Origin: Azolla caroliniana
Lineage: Eukaryota > Plantae > Polypodiophyta
DNA length: 64,000 nt
Reading direction: 5' to 3'
NCBI GenBank assembly: GCA_043228905.1
Contig: JBHGNT010000011.1
Location: forward strand, 12,648,001-12,712,000
Position 1 is the stretch's first letter. Every line of letters starts with the position of its first letter. This document shows positions 23,584-32,989 of the stretch, in pieces. Below the pieces are notes generated by a model. The model was not told the DNA's origin and ran no database searches. It saw only the letters and a list, made by a program, of their open reading frames with translations. Both the position numbers and the translations under genes were made by a program.

Positions 23584-26552
23584 TCATTGTTCACCCAAAT
23601 TGTCCAAAATACTTTGTTCCAGAGTTTCCACTTGTTCTTCCGGTTGTGGTTGTTGCGGCTGTGCTTGCTGCTGCTGCTGTGGTTGCGGTTGGGACTGAGG
23701 CTGCTCCGGCTGCTCTATAGGCGGCTGCTCCGTTTGTTTCTCTGACTCCGGCATCCCCGTTTGACTGCTTCCGGTCCGGTCTCCTTCCAGTAACGGTTCC
23801 TCATCACTGAGGTTGACCGTTACTGGTTCTCGTGCTTTCTCTTCCCGGATCCGGGACCTCTCGTAGCTTTCAAACTGGATCTGCGCCTCCAGCCTGTCGT
23901 CGTCCAGCTAAGCTACAAGTTGCCGGACTTGCCCTAGTTGGTCCTCTGCCAAGGCTTGAAAGTCTTCGGCCAGCTCATCTCTTATGCCGGTGAAGTCTTC
24001 GGAAGTCAGCATATAGCAATCATCTCCCTCCTTCCGCCGGTTCTCTACGTCGGCCCGGAGCAATTGGAGTTCCGCCGCGTTCGTGGCCCACTTGGTCCAC
24101 CATTTGACGGAACCGTTGTCAATCAAGCTCTTGGTCTGGTTCAACCAGGCCCGCATGATATCCTGGATGCGACTTGCTCCCATTTGCGCTCTACTTTCCA
24201 CAACTTGTCGTTCCTCCTTCAACTGCTTGATGAGATTAGCCGTATCCTCCGCCTGCTCTCTGTAGCGTGTCAGCTGCCCTTGATATGTTGTTTGCAGCCT
24301 CTGCAGTACCTCCGCCGCTCTTTCTTTTTCCGCCTGCTGTTGCCTGAGGAGCTCTGTCCGAACCTTCTCCGCCTCTTCCAACCGTCTTCTGGTTTCCGCT
24401 TGTTCATTAGCGTATGCTGTTGCGGTCCGATCAACTGCTTGCCGAAGCTCATCCGTCCGTTCCTTGTGCTCCGTTTGCAACCGTTTATACTCCCGATGCA
24501 AGTGCTCAAATTCCTCCGTTTTTTGTTTGAGCTTGCCGTTGATCTGGCGATGGTTCTGGTCCTCCCGGTCCTTTAGCTGCCGGAGTTCCTCTTTCAGGCG
24601 CTCTATTTCTGTTTCGGCGTTTCTCCGGAGCCTGTCCTTCTCTTGCAGCATTTTCTCCTTTTCCTCCTTGAGCCGGTCGTACGCTTGGTGGCCTTTTCGT
24701 AAACTCTCCTCGGCCCGGCGTAGATTCTCAGCAGTCTTTTTGAGTTCTGCCTCCGCTGCCGTCTTCAATTCTCTTTCGCGGCTCCTCAGCGCTTCTTGGG
24801 CAGCTAGCTCATCCTTTAAGTCCGCAAGCTCTTGGGCTTGTGCCGCATTTCTCTCCGGAACGGTTTCCGTTGCCGGGGTCTGATTGCTATGTACAGGTTG
24901 ATCTGACGCTTTATTCTGTACATTGCCCGGAGTCACCGGTGCTTGGACTTGTGTTGTCAAAGCCAATTGAGCCATTTCCCTTGTGACCCTATCCAAGTCT
25001 TGTTCAAGGCTCCGGATTCTGGACCGAGCCGTCTCTAGATCTACGGTTGTGACGAGCAACCGTTCGTGTGCGCTCTCTCCTCCGCCTCTATGTACTCGAC
25101 CGCTCCGGCGATCTGCTCGCCTACCCACCGTAGCCACATGCTACTGGTGCCTTGCTGTTGTACTGGTCGGGTCGGCTCGTTCACTGTGGAATTGTCTGGC
25201 CTGAGTGCCTGTATCTGCCGTTCTGGTTCTACTTCTTGGCCGCCGTGTGTGCTGGCTGGGCTCGCCGGCTGTTGAGTTCCGGTTCTCGCCGTCTCCGGAG
25301 CCGTTGGAATGACTTCTTGTATAGAAGTCGACAAGGCCGGTTCTATACGCACCGGTTCCGGTTCCTCCCTTGTGGTTTGCTCAGGTTGAGTTGGGGGCGT
25401 TTCTTCCTTTTGCGGGTCCGAACGCTCCCCCGCTGTCCCGGCGGTCCTACTTCTTGACCGTCGTTGGAGGTGCTCTACTGGCTCCTCCGTTTCCTCTTCC
25501 TGGGTAACGGCATGCATCTGTGCCGTCAAGGGTTCCGGTTCCTTCTGTCCCGGTCGCCGTATGGTTATCTTAACGGGTCGGACCGGTGACACCTCCTCCG
25601 GTTCTGGGAGCCGTTTCTTCCCTTTCGTCGCCTTCGACGCCAGCAGCTGCTGTCGTTTGGACGCGGGTTTCGAGGTGCTTCCTTCCAATAATCTTGGCCG
25701 CTTCTTTGGCTGAACGGTCTCGACCGGCGGCACGAGCAATGTTATCCACTGCGCTACGGCATGCCACAGCTTTCGGCCCTCCTTGCCGTCCTTTCCTCGT
25801 ACCGTGTCGATTGCCGCGCACAAACCGTCTGCAATCAACACCGGCCAATCCACCTTGATCCCTTCATAGGTGGCTATGATCATCCCTGCCCGATTTTTTG
25901 GCATGACAGGGGGTCGGGGGTACACGTGGCCGTACTCATGGAGCACTCGAGCTATCTCCCTAAATAGCGGATCTTCGCCGCCCTGCGTTCGATAGCCTTT
26001 GCCAGCTACAGAGTACTCACCGAAATATCGGATGAGTTGCTCCGAGGTTGGGTTATCAATCTGAAAAATACCTCCCTCCGGAAGGCCTGTTAGCGCACGG
26101 ATCGCTTCCTCGGTGATGACTTCTTTGTCGAGCTCCTTGATGACCTGGTCGGCTTCTTTGTGCGGTGGTGCCTCCATGATGGTCAAGAACCCATCCAGTC
26201 CGTGTTGCCTGAGCCATTTCCTGGCCGCTTCCGACAGCGTTTGTGGTTCCATGTCTGCTTCGAGGTCGAGGAAAGATGGCGAGGTAGAGTGGTGATGAGA
26301 GTGAGAGCGAGAGAGAGAGCGTTCCGAACGTGGGGGTTCTCTGAGTGCAGGTTCGCGTTTGCTAAGCTTCCACTGCCTTGGTGCTTCTGTGCTTCTTGGC
26401 TCGCGAAAAAAAAAGGTCTCCATGCGTTCTTCTTTTTCTCTGTGCGTCTTGGCGCCTTTTTCGAGCATGCGCACGTCGTGTACCAATTTAGTATTAAGCA
26501 ATGTGGCGGCTCTTAAATGCCCACTACGTACCTTTTCGCTCCTTGCTTTCAC
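23584..26552 (-). pseudogene. E3 3' extra ORF (~989 codons): Athila/SIRE env-like (Transposase_32-like) N-terminal domain plus long coiled coil, with one 2-bp frameshift (~25065-25078) and one TAG (23908-23910)
   Basis: ORFs 25041-26552 and 23908-25137 join at GAGAGAGCGCACACGAA. The frame continues past the TAG to TGA at 23584. Motifs WLRQHGLDGFL, ITEEAIRALTGLP and GIKVDW are shared with the E1 ORF. Confidence 0.75.
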
Positions 26553-26578
26553 GTCCGTTCATACCTCGATTTTTAATG

Positions 26579-26580
<2 letters not shown>

Positions 26581-26626
<46 letters not shown>
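26581..26626. repeat. (TTA)n microsatellite in the E3 pol/extra-ORF spacer
   Basis: ttattatta run. Confidence 0.9.
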
Positions 26627-26627
<1 letters not shown>

Positions 26628-26646
26628 TTAATGACGGTATGTGATC

Positions 26647-29600
26647 TTACACATCCGTAGGTCCCTTCGGACCCTTACCGTTTTCCTTACGGGTTGCCGT
26701 GTCTTCCTTCGCCTCTGCTACGGGTTCCCCGTCGTCTTTTTCTTCCATCCGTACCGTTCCCGGTATAGTGCCGGTGGGCTGCATAAACGGGTTCTTTGGC
26801 ATCGGTCCTTTATAGGGCTTTAGTCTAAATCCGTTGACCCACTTGCCTAGCACTTCACCGGCAAGTGTCCCTAACTGATAGGACCCGTTGTATTCCCGTG
26901 TCAGCCAATACGGGCCTGTCCATCTAAACCGGAGTTTACCCGGCATCTTGCCCATCCTCGTTTGGAATACTAGCACCGGCTCTCCGATTTCGAACATCTT
27001 TTCATTACCTTTCCGGTGACGGTCAACGAACGCTTTCCGTCGTCGTTGCTCCAGTTCCATGTGTAAGATGCTGGCCAGCCGTTGCTCCTCCAGTTCGCAT
27101 AGTGCTGCTAGCCGCATTTCTTCCGACTCCTTTTCATTCAGCCGTTCCCGTAGTTGGATCCGTAAGCTTGGTACCTGAAATTCCACCGGCATGACCGCCT
27201 CTAAGCCGAACGCTAACCAGAACGGCGTTGTCCGGATACTTGTTTTGTATGCCGTTCGGTACGCCCATAGCGCGCTATGGAGCTTTGTATCCCAGTCCGT
27301 CCGGTTTTCATTGACGATTTTGCGGAGAATGTTCTGGAGCGTTTTGTTGGTTGACTCTGCTAACCCGTTCGCTTGTGGGTAGTACGGTGTGCTCCGTTTA
27401 TGGACCACGGCATAGAACGTTGTTAAGCTTTCAACTACCTGGCCGAGGAAGTGCCCTCCTTGGTCGCTGATTAATTCAATCGGACATCCATATCGGCACC
27501 AAATGTTCTCGTACAGGAATTTTGTTGTGGATGACGCGGTATTGTCTCTCAAGGCCTTAGCCTCCACCCATTTAGTGCAATAATCTGTTGCCACGATGAC
27601 ATAACGATTACCCGTTCTCATTGCCGGTGGCTTGAACGGTCCGACAAAATCCAACCCCCACTTTTGGAATGGCTCTAGTGGAAGTACCGGTTGGTGTGGC
27701 ATCCGTGCTTGCTCCGTAGGCTGGCCCATTCGTTGGCATAGGTCACATTCCTTAGCATACTTGACGGCGTCTTTTAACGTCGTGGGCCACCATAAGCCGC
27801 TCTGCCATACTTTCCTTGCCGTCGCTTCCCCGGCATAGTGTCCTCCGGCAACCCCACAGTGTGCTTCTCGTAAGATTACTTGTTTCTCGTCACTACGGAC
27901 TGCCCGTCTCCATATTCCATCTGCTCCTTTGTGGTAGAGAGTGTCCCGTAACAGACAGAAATTGCGGCTCTGCACCGCCAGTCGTTTCCTCTCGTCCCGG
28001 TTCATTTCCTCCGGTGGCAGGCCCGTGCTTATGAACTGGTGCATGTTTGTCAGCCACCTATCTTCTGATGCCACCGTGTCATCCGCTGCCGTTTCCGGGG
28101 TGATACGGAATAACTCTGCGTCCGGGAATTCATCCGATACTCCGTCGCCTGATTCTCCGGACTCTAACCGGCTCAGGTAGTCTGCTACGGCATGCTGGAT
28201 ACCGGGCCGGTGGAAGATCTCGAATTCGAACTCCTGCAACAGCAAGGTCCAACGGGCCAACTTACCGGTCAGGGACGCCTTGGACACTAAGTACAGGAGC
28301 GCCGAGTGATCCACATGAAAGGAGAACTTCCTTCCCAATAGGTAATGACGAAACTTTGTGACACTGTAGATCATGCCCAGGGCCTCCCGTTCCGTCGTCG
28401 AATAGTTCTTCTCCGCTTGGGACAGCTTCCGGCTGGCGTAATATACCGGCCGGTACCATTTAGGCTCCGTAAGTTGCATTAAGGCGCTGCCGATAGCGAT
28501 GTCGGAAGCGTCAACGAACACATGAAATTCCTTGCTCCAATCCGGAGGCTGCACGACGGGTGCTTGCGACAAAAGTACCTTCAGGGCATTGTATGCCTTA
28601 TCCTCCGTATCCGTCCATTGGAACGGTGTCCGATGTACCGCGGTGTGTAACGGTGTAGCCAAGTCAGCCAAGTGACGGAGCATCCGGCTGTGCCACCGGA
28701 TCTGTCCTAAGAATCGGCTTAGTGCTTTGGCCGTTTTCGGCGCCGGTGCCCCTAGTATCGCGTTTACTTTGTCCGGGTCGACCGCAATGCCCTCCTTACT
28801 TACAATGTGTCCCAGTAAGATTCCACTTGAAACCCCAAAGATGCATTTTGCTTGGTTTAAGCTTAGCCGGTATAACCTACACTTTTCAAGGCATAACCGT
28901 AGGTGCTGCAAATGGTCTTTTCCCCGGCTATAGACTGCAAAATCATCCAGGAAAACCTGCATGAAGGCAGGAATGTATTCGCCGAAGATCTCCATGATGA
29001 TTCGCTGGAAAGTTGCTGGTGCCGTTTTTAGGCCGAACATCATTACTTCGGCCACAAACACCCCCCATTCGGTGACGAACGCTGTCTTCTCCTGGTCGTC
29101 AGGGTGCATCCGGATTTGATTGTATCCGCTGAACCCGTCTAAAAAACTATAAACTTCATGGCCGGCGACGGCATCCAGTACTCCATCCGTGAACGGAAGA
29201 GGGAATGCATCCGTAATTGTGGCTGCATTTAGTTTCCTGTAATCTACACACACGCGGATTTTACCGTTCTTCTTTGGGACGACGACGATGGGGCTCAGCC
29301 ACGTCGCTTTCTTTACCGGCCGGATGAAGCCCACTCTTAGGAGTTTGTCGATTTCCTCCTTCACTTTGGCGGCGTAGTTGGGGTTCATTCGGTAACGTCT
29401 TTGCGCCACTGGTTTCGCGTCCTTGCCTAAGTGGATCTGATGCTGATATAATTGAGGGTCCAGCCCTCGCATGTCTTCGTATGACCAGGCGAATACGTCG
29501 CGAAACTCCGTGAGAAGTTTGATCATCGCCGCTTTATCTTCCGGCTTCATTTCTTTGGCGATGTGTACCGGCTTTGATTCGTCCTTGCTTCCTAGGTTCA

Positions 29601-32517
29601 CTTCGTCGAGCTGGGATGTTTTTACCCGTTGGGAAACGGCCATTTCCCGTTCCAACGCTTCCTGTGCTTGCCGTAATCCCCGAATCGAATCTTTGTCTGG
29701 TTCGGCTTCGGTTTCGTCCCGCTGCGGCAAGTATGGCGCTACGGCTTCAGCTACGTCAATCTCGAAGAGTGGTACGATCTTCGGGTGTTCCTCCAAGTAC
29801 TGGGCTTCTTCGTCGTCTGCCAACCCTTCAAGCATGTTCACGCATTCCGCATATAGCGGTGTGCATTCCTTACCGTTGCTCGTCCGTGGTTGTGTCGGTA
29901 CCCGGACCTTGGCTTTTCCGCGCCGGAAGGTAATCATATTTTTCCGCCAATTTTGCTTGATGTGTGCTGTTTTCAACCATGGTCTGCCCAGCAACAGTGG
30001 GTACGCGCCTTGCGCCTGTAGCTGCAGCACTACAGCCGAGATGTGAAATGTGTGACCTCCTATGGTGACCTCCAATTTCCGTATTAAGCCCGTCGGCCGT
30101 ACAGAGCTCGTATCCGCCATCCGTAGCCAGAACGAACATGGCTCCCATTCATGTATACCCAAGGCATCACACGTGCGGAGGCTTATTACGTTCACCCCGG
30201 AACCTCCATCGATTACTGTGCCGGGAAGTTCGTGCCCTTTGACAATAGTTGTAATCACCGGACTACTAGTGTCCACCACCGTCGGTCCCTCCTCCGGATT
30301 CGAGAAGAGGACTGGTGCCGGTGGGGCTATACCGTCTGTCATGACCGTTTTTAGTCCTTCCGTAAATCGCGGCACGAGCTGCAAGAGTCTTCCTAATGGC
30401 AACGTGATCTGACATTCTTGCAGTGCTTGCCATGTCTCGTTTTCTGCGTGGCTACCGCCGGCACTCCCTATGGTATTCGCCTTTTGTCGTTCCACGTCCG
30501 CGACGTTCCTTTCATTGGCTTCCTTCACCCATTCCGTCGCCTGTTTTCGTATGGCCTCTTGTGTTTCCCACTCTTTGGCCATGCCTTTCGACCGTGTGGT
30601 TACTTGCTGTAAATCCGCCACTTCTGGAACCACCATATTAACTGCTGGTCGTTTATCGTAGCTCTTTGTCGGGCACTGGTTACTGTAGTGGCCTTCCTGC
30701 CTGCAATAATAGCAGTACTCTTTACGGGTATTGCTGGATTCAGCATTGCTGGTATCCGGAGTCGGTCCCGTAGTGAGTGGTGCGTTCTGTGCCGGTTGGC
30801 TCCTTGGGGTTCCATGTTCCGGGTCCCTAGTGTGACCACCTTTCTTGAAATTACGTTTCTTATTATTCTTATTTTTATTTCGGTAGTCCTGTCGTGGTGG
30901 ATCGTAAAATCGGTCGTAGTCCTCCTGGTGCCTTCGGTAACCAGGGGAATGGTCTCTGTCGTATTGCTCGTGTCGTCTGTTGGACTCCCGATAACGGTCC
31001 GATCGCTCATACCGGTCGTAGTTATCATGCCGATTCCCGTACCGGCCATCATTCTCTTGTCTGTCTCCGTACCGGACATCCTGTGCCGGTCGGTAACGGT
31101 TCATTCTTTGCCAATGATCGTCATCTTCGTCTCGGCTGCTTCTTGGCTCGATCCGTCGGACGGGTGGTGCTTGTCGGTTTAACAGGTTATACTCGCACCG
31201 GTCCGTTGTATGACTCTTGGATTGACAAATCACACACTGAGTTCGCATGGTGCACTCCACTGCCGAGTGTCCGGCATTCAAGCAGATTGTGCATTGAATT
31301 GCCTGCCGGAACCGGAGATCTTCATCGGTGGGTAACGCCCGTTGCAGTGTTCCCAGTGTAAGCCATGAGCTTGACTTTTCCATTTCTCTGACCCGGTCAA
31401 TGACCTGGTCAATGGTGCTTCCTCGAAAGTCGATTACTGTACACACCGTGCGTAACGGTTCCCGGAGTGCGTTTAAAAATATCGTCCGTAATTCCTCCTC
31501 CGGGGGTGCACGGGCAAGCTGGCTATGCATTCGTTGGAAACGGATGACGAATTGGGGAATGCTTTCCCCTGCCTCCTGTCGGATCGTATAAAACAGGCCC
31601 ACCATTGTCGTCTGGTCGACCTCCTTGTGGAAAAAATGCAAGAATTTTGCTTTTAATTCTGCAAAGGTTGTGATGGTCGCCGGGTCCTGCGTCCGCCGCC
31701 ATCGTGTCGCTGGTCCTTCCAACGTGACCCCGAATTCCGCTATCTTCGAGCGTTCTTCTTCCTCCGGTGTCATTCGCTGGGACGCGTAATTTGCTTCCCA
31801 TGTCTGCTCGAAGGCATGAACATGCGCTTCCGCGTCCGGATCATCGCGATACTTTGAGTATTGGAACGGCATGTCGTCGTCCAGTATTAGGCCGCGGTTT
31901 AGTGGCGTTTGTTGATATCTTTCCGGTTTTCTCTCCGGTTCCACTTCCGGTTCTTTTGCCGGTGCTTTTTCCGGTTCCTCTTCCGGTTCTTTTTCCGGTT
32001 CTTTCACCGGCTCGTCTTCCGGTACCTTCGCCGGCTCTTTCGTTGGTGTCGGTGGCTTTGCTTCTTCCACTTCCGGTGTTGGTGGGTTGACGGCTTCCGT
32101 TTGTGGTTCCGGATAGCCCTGGTCGAGCGGTTCCGGTTCTGGAGTCGGCACGGTATCCGACCCGTCGTCCTCCGGGCCGCCGGGGGTATCGTTGCTGCTC
32201 CGGTAGTTCGTGTGCACGCTGTATCCCCCTTCGGAATCCGATTCATAGGCTGAAAAGGCTTCTGCCTCGTTTTCTCCGCTTGCCAGCGCCTCGAGGAGGC
32301 GTTCGGTTTCCCGGAGACTACTTAGACTGCTTCCGTCGTCCTGGTCGCGAGTTTGCTGTAACCGAAGAGATTCCTCCGCGACTCTTTGGATCTCGTTGGA
32401 GAACGAACGATCCGAGCGAATTTCGTGCGCTGCTTGCTGGAAAGTCTCACGCCGTCTTTGCCGTTCGGCGAGGCGTCGGGCTCGGTCTGTAACCAGGTCG
32501 TGCGTTGGTCTCGTCAT
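26647..32517 (-). CDS. E3 intact Gag-Pol polyprotein (1956 aa): Gag, 3 CCHC knuckles, aspartic protease, RT, RNase H, integrase (GPY motif, no chromodomain)
   Basis: CTICLNAGHSAVEC, CVICQSKSHTTDRC, CYYCRQEGHYSNQC. VIDGGSGVN. FLDGFSGYNQ, VFLDDF. FVDASD/TEREAL/VDHSAL/VADYLSR. H-H-C-C finger, WGLDFVGP, ISDQG, NGLAESTN, WTGPY. Confidence 0.97.
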   Translation of the reverse strand: MTRPTHDLVTDRARRLAERQRRRETFQQAAHEIRSDRSFSNEIQRVAEESLRLQQTRDQDDGSSLSSLRETERLLEALASGENEAEAFSAYESDSEGGYSVHTNYRSSNDTPGGPEDDGSDTVPTPEPEPLDQGYPEPQTEAVNPPTPEVEEAKPPTPTKEPAKVPEDEPVKEPEKEPEEEPEKAPAKEPEVEPERKPERYQQTPLNRGLILDDDMPFQYSKYRDDPDAEAHVHAFEQTWEANYASQRMTPEEEERSKIAEFGVTLEGPATRWRRTQDPATITTFAELKAKFLHFFHKEVDQTTMVGLFYTIRQEAGESIPQFVIRFQRMHSQLARAPPEEELRTIFLNALREPLRTVCTVIDFRGSTIDQVIDRVREMEKSSSWLTLGTLQRALPTDEDLRFRQAIQCTICLNAGHSAVECTMRTQCVICQSKSHTTDRCEYNLLNRQAPPVRRIEPRSSRDEDDDHWQRMNRYRPAQDVRYGDRQENDGRYGNRHDNYDRYERSDRYRESNRRHEQYDRDHSPGYRRHQEDYDRFYDPPRQDYRNKNKNNKKRNFKKGGHTRDPEHGTPRSQPAQNAPLTTGPTPDTSNAESSNTRKEYCYYCRQEGHYSNQCPTKSYDKRPAVNMVVPEVADLQQVTTRSKGMAKEWETQEAIRKQATEWVKEANERNVADVERQKANTIGSAGGSHAENETWQALQECQITLPLGRLLQLVPRFTEGLKTVMTDGIAPPAPVLFSNPEEGPTVVDTSSPVITTIVKGHELPGTVIDGGSGVNVISLRTCDALGIHEWEPCSFWLRMADTSSVRPTGLIRKLEVTIGGHTFHISAVVLQLQAQGAYPLLLGRPWLKTAHIKQNWRKNMITFRRGKAKVRVPTQPRTSNGKECTPLYAECVNMLEGLADDEEAQYLEEHPKIVPLFEIDVAEAVAPYLPQRDETEAEPDKDSIRGLRQAQEALEREMAVSQRVKTSQLDEVNLGSKDESKPVHIAKEMKPEDKAAMIKLLTEFRDVFAWSYEDMRGLDPQLYQHQIHLGKDAKPVAQRRYRMNPNYAAKVKEEIDKLLRVGFIRPVKKATWLSPIVVVPKKNGKIRVCVDYRKLNAATITDAFPLPFTDGVLDAVAGHEVYSFLDGFSGYNQIRMHPDDQEKTAFVTEWGVFVAEVMMFGLKTAPATFQRIIMEIFGEYIPAFMQVFLDDFAVYSRGKDHLQHLRLCLEKCRLYRLSLNQAKCIFGVSSGILLGHIVSKEGIAVDPDKVNAILGAPAPKTAKALSRFLGQIRWHSRMLRHLADLATPLHTAVHRTPFQWTDTEDKAYNALKVLLSQAPVVQPPDWSKEFHVFVDASDIAIGSALMQLTEPKWYRPVYYASRKLSQAEKNYSTTEREALGMIYSVTKFRHYLLGRKFSFHVDHSALLYLVSKASLTGKLARWTLLLQEFEFEIFHRPGIQHAVADYLSRLESGESGDGVSDEFPDAELFRITPETAADDTVASEDRWLTNMHQFISTGLPPEEMNRDERKRLAVQSRNFCLLRDTLYHKGADGIWRRAVRSDEKQVILREAHCGVAGGHYAGEATARKVWQSGLWWPTTLKDAVKYAKECDLCQRMGQPTEQARMPHQPVLPLEPFQKWGLDFVGPFKPPAMRTGNRYVIVATDYCTKWVEAKALRDNTASSTTKFLYENIWCRYGCPIELISDQGGHFLGQVVESLTTFYAVVHKRSTPYYPQANGLAESTNKTLQNILRKIVNENRTDWDTKLHSALWAYRTAYKTSIRTTPFWLAFGLEAVMPVEFQVPSLRIQLRERLNEKESEEMRLAALCELEEQRLASILHMELEQRRRKAFVDRHRKGNEKMFEIGEPVLVFQTRMGKMPGKLRFRWTGPYWLTREYNGSYQLGTLAGEVLGKWVNGFRLKPYKGPMPKNPFMQPTGTIPGTVRMEEKDDGEPVAEAKEDTATRKENGKGPKGPTDV

Positions 32518-32530
32518 CCATTAAGTCGTC

Positions 32531-32564
32531 GTTCGCTGCGAGAAAGCAGGAATCGTGGTCGCCA
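32531..32564 (-). promoter_or_regulatory. E3 primer-binding site (tRNA-Arg(UCG)-like) plus hairpin plus CGAAC
   Basis: Minus strand: LTR-CAGTTT-TGGCGACCAC-GATTC-CTGC(tttctc)GCAG-CGAAC. Confidence 0.75.
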
Positions 32565-32570
32565 AAACTG

Positions 32571-32989
32571 TGTTATTCTCTGACCGGACAAGGCCTAACA
32601 CAAGGTGTCACGGAGACACTTCACCAAAGGGTGATTACGGCATAGGATTATGACTCAACGATTACACCGACTTACGTAGGTTACACGATTAGATCGCTTT
32701 CGTTAATTACACGCGTAAGATATAACAGTAAGTACAGAACGGAAATCAACACAGAAGTATAAACACCATATGCTCTATTAATTATCCGCTGCGATTACAA
32801 TGGGGTCCGGGCCTTTAAATAGGTTTCCGGCCCGTAGTACAAAACGGTGCCTATCGCACCTATTCGGGATCCGTCCGGATCTGGAACGGCATACCGTTTC
32901 CAGTCCGTCCGTCCATACTAGGCTTATTTACAACCATACTTAATTAATTCCTTCACTCCGTATTTTGGACTCCTTGCCGGCCGGTAACA
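32571..32989 (-). repeat. E3 5' LTR
   Basis: Direct repeat of 23113-23531, followed on the minus strand by PBS and Gag ATG. Confidence 0.97.

Larger units (their letters stand above)
23113..32989 (-). mobile_element. E3: young, full-length non-chromoviral Ty3/gypsy element inserted in E2 protease
   Basis: 419-bp LTRs 23113-23531 and 32571-32989 with no difference that I can see. TSD GTTGA at 23108-23112 and 32990-32994. Intact Gag-Pol ORF. Confidence 0.97.

Noticed and set aside
32924-32989. C-terminus CYRPARSPKYGVKELIKYGCK of the 317-aa ORF
   Set aside because: Read-through into the inserted E3 LTR. The real protease continues at 23107.
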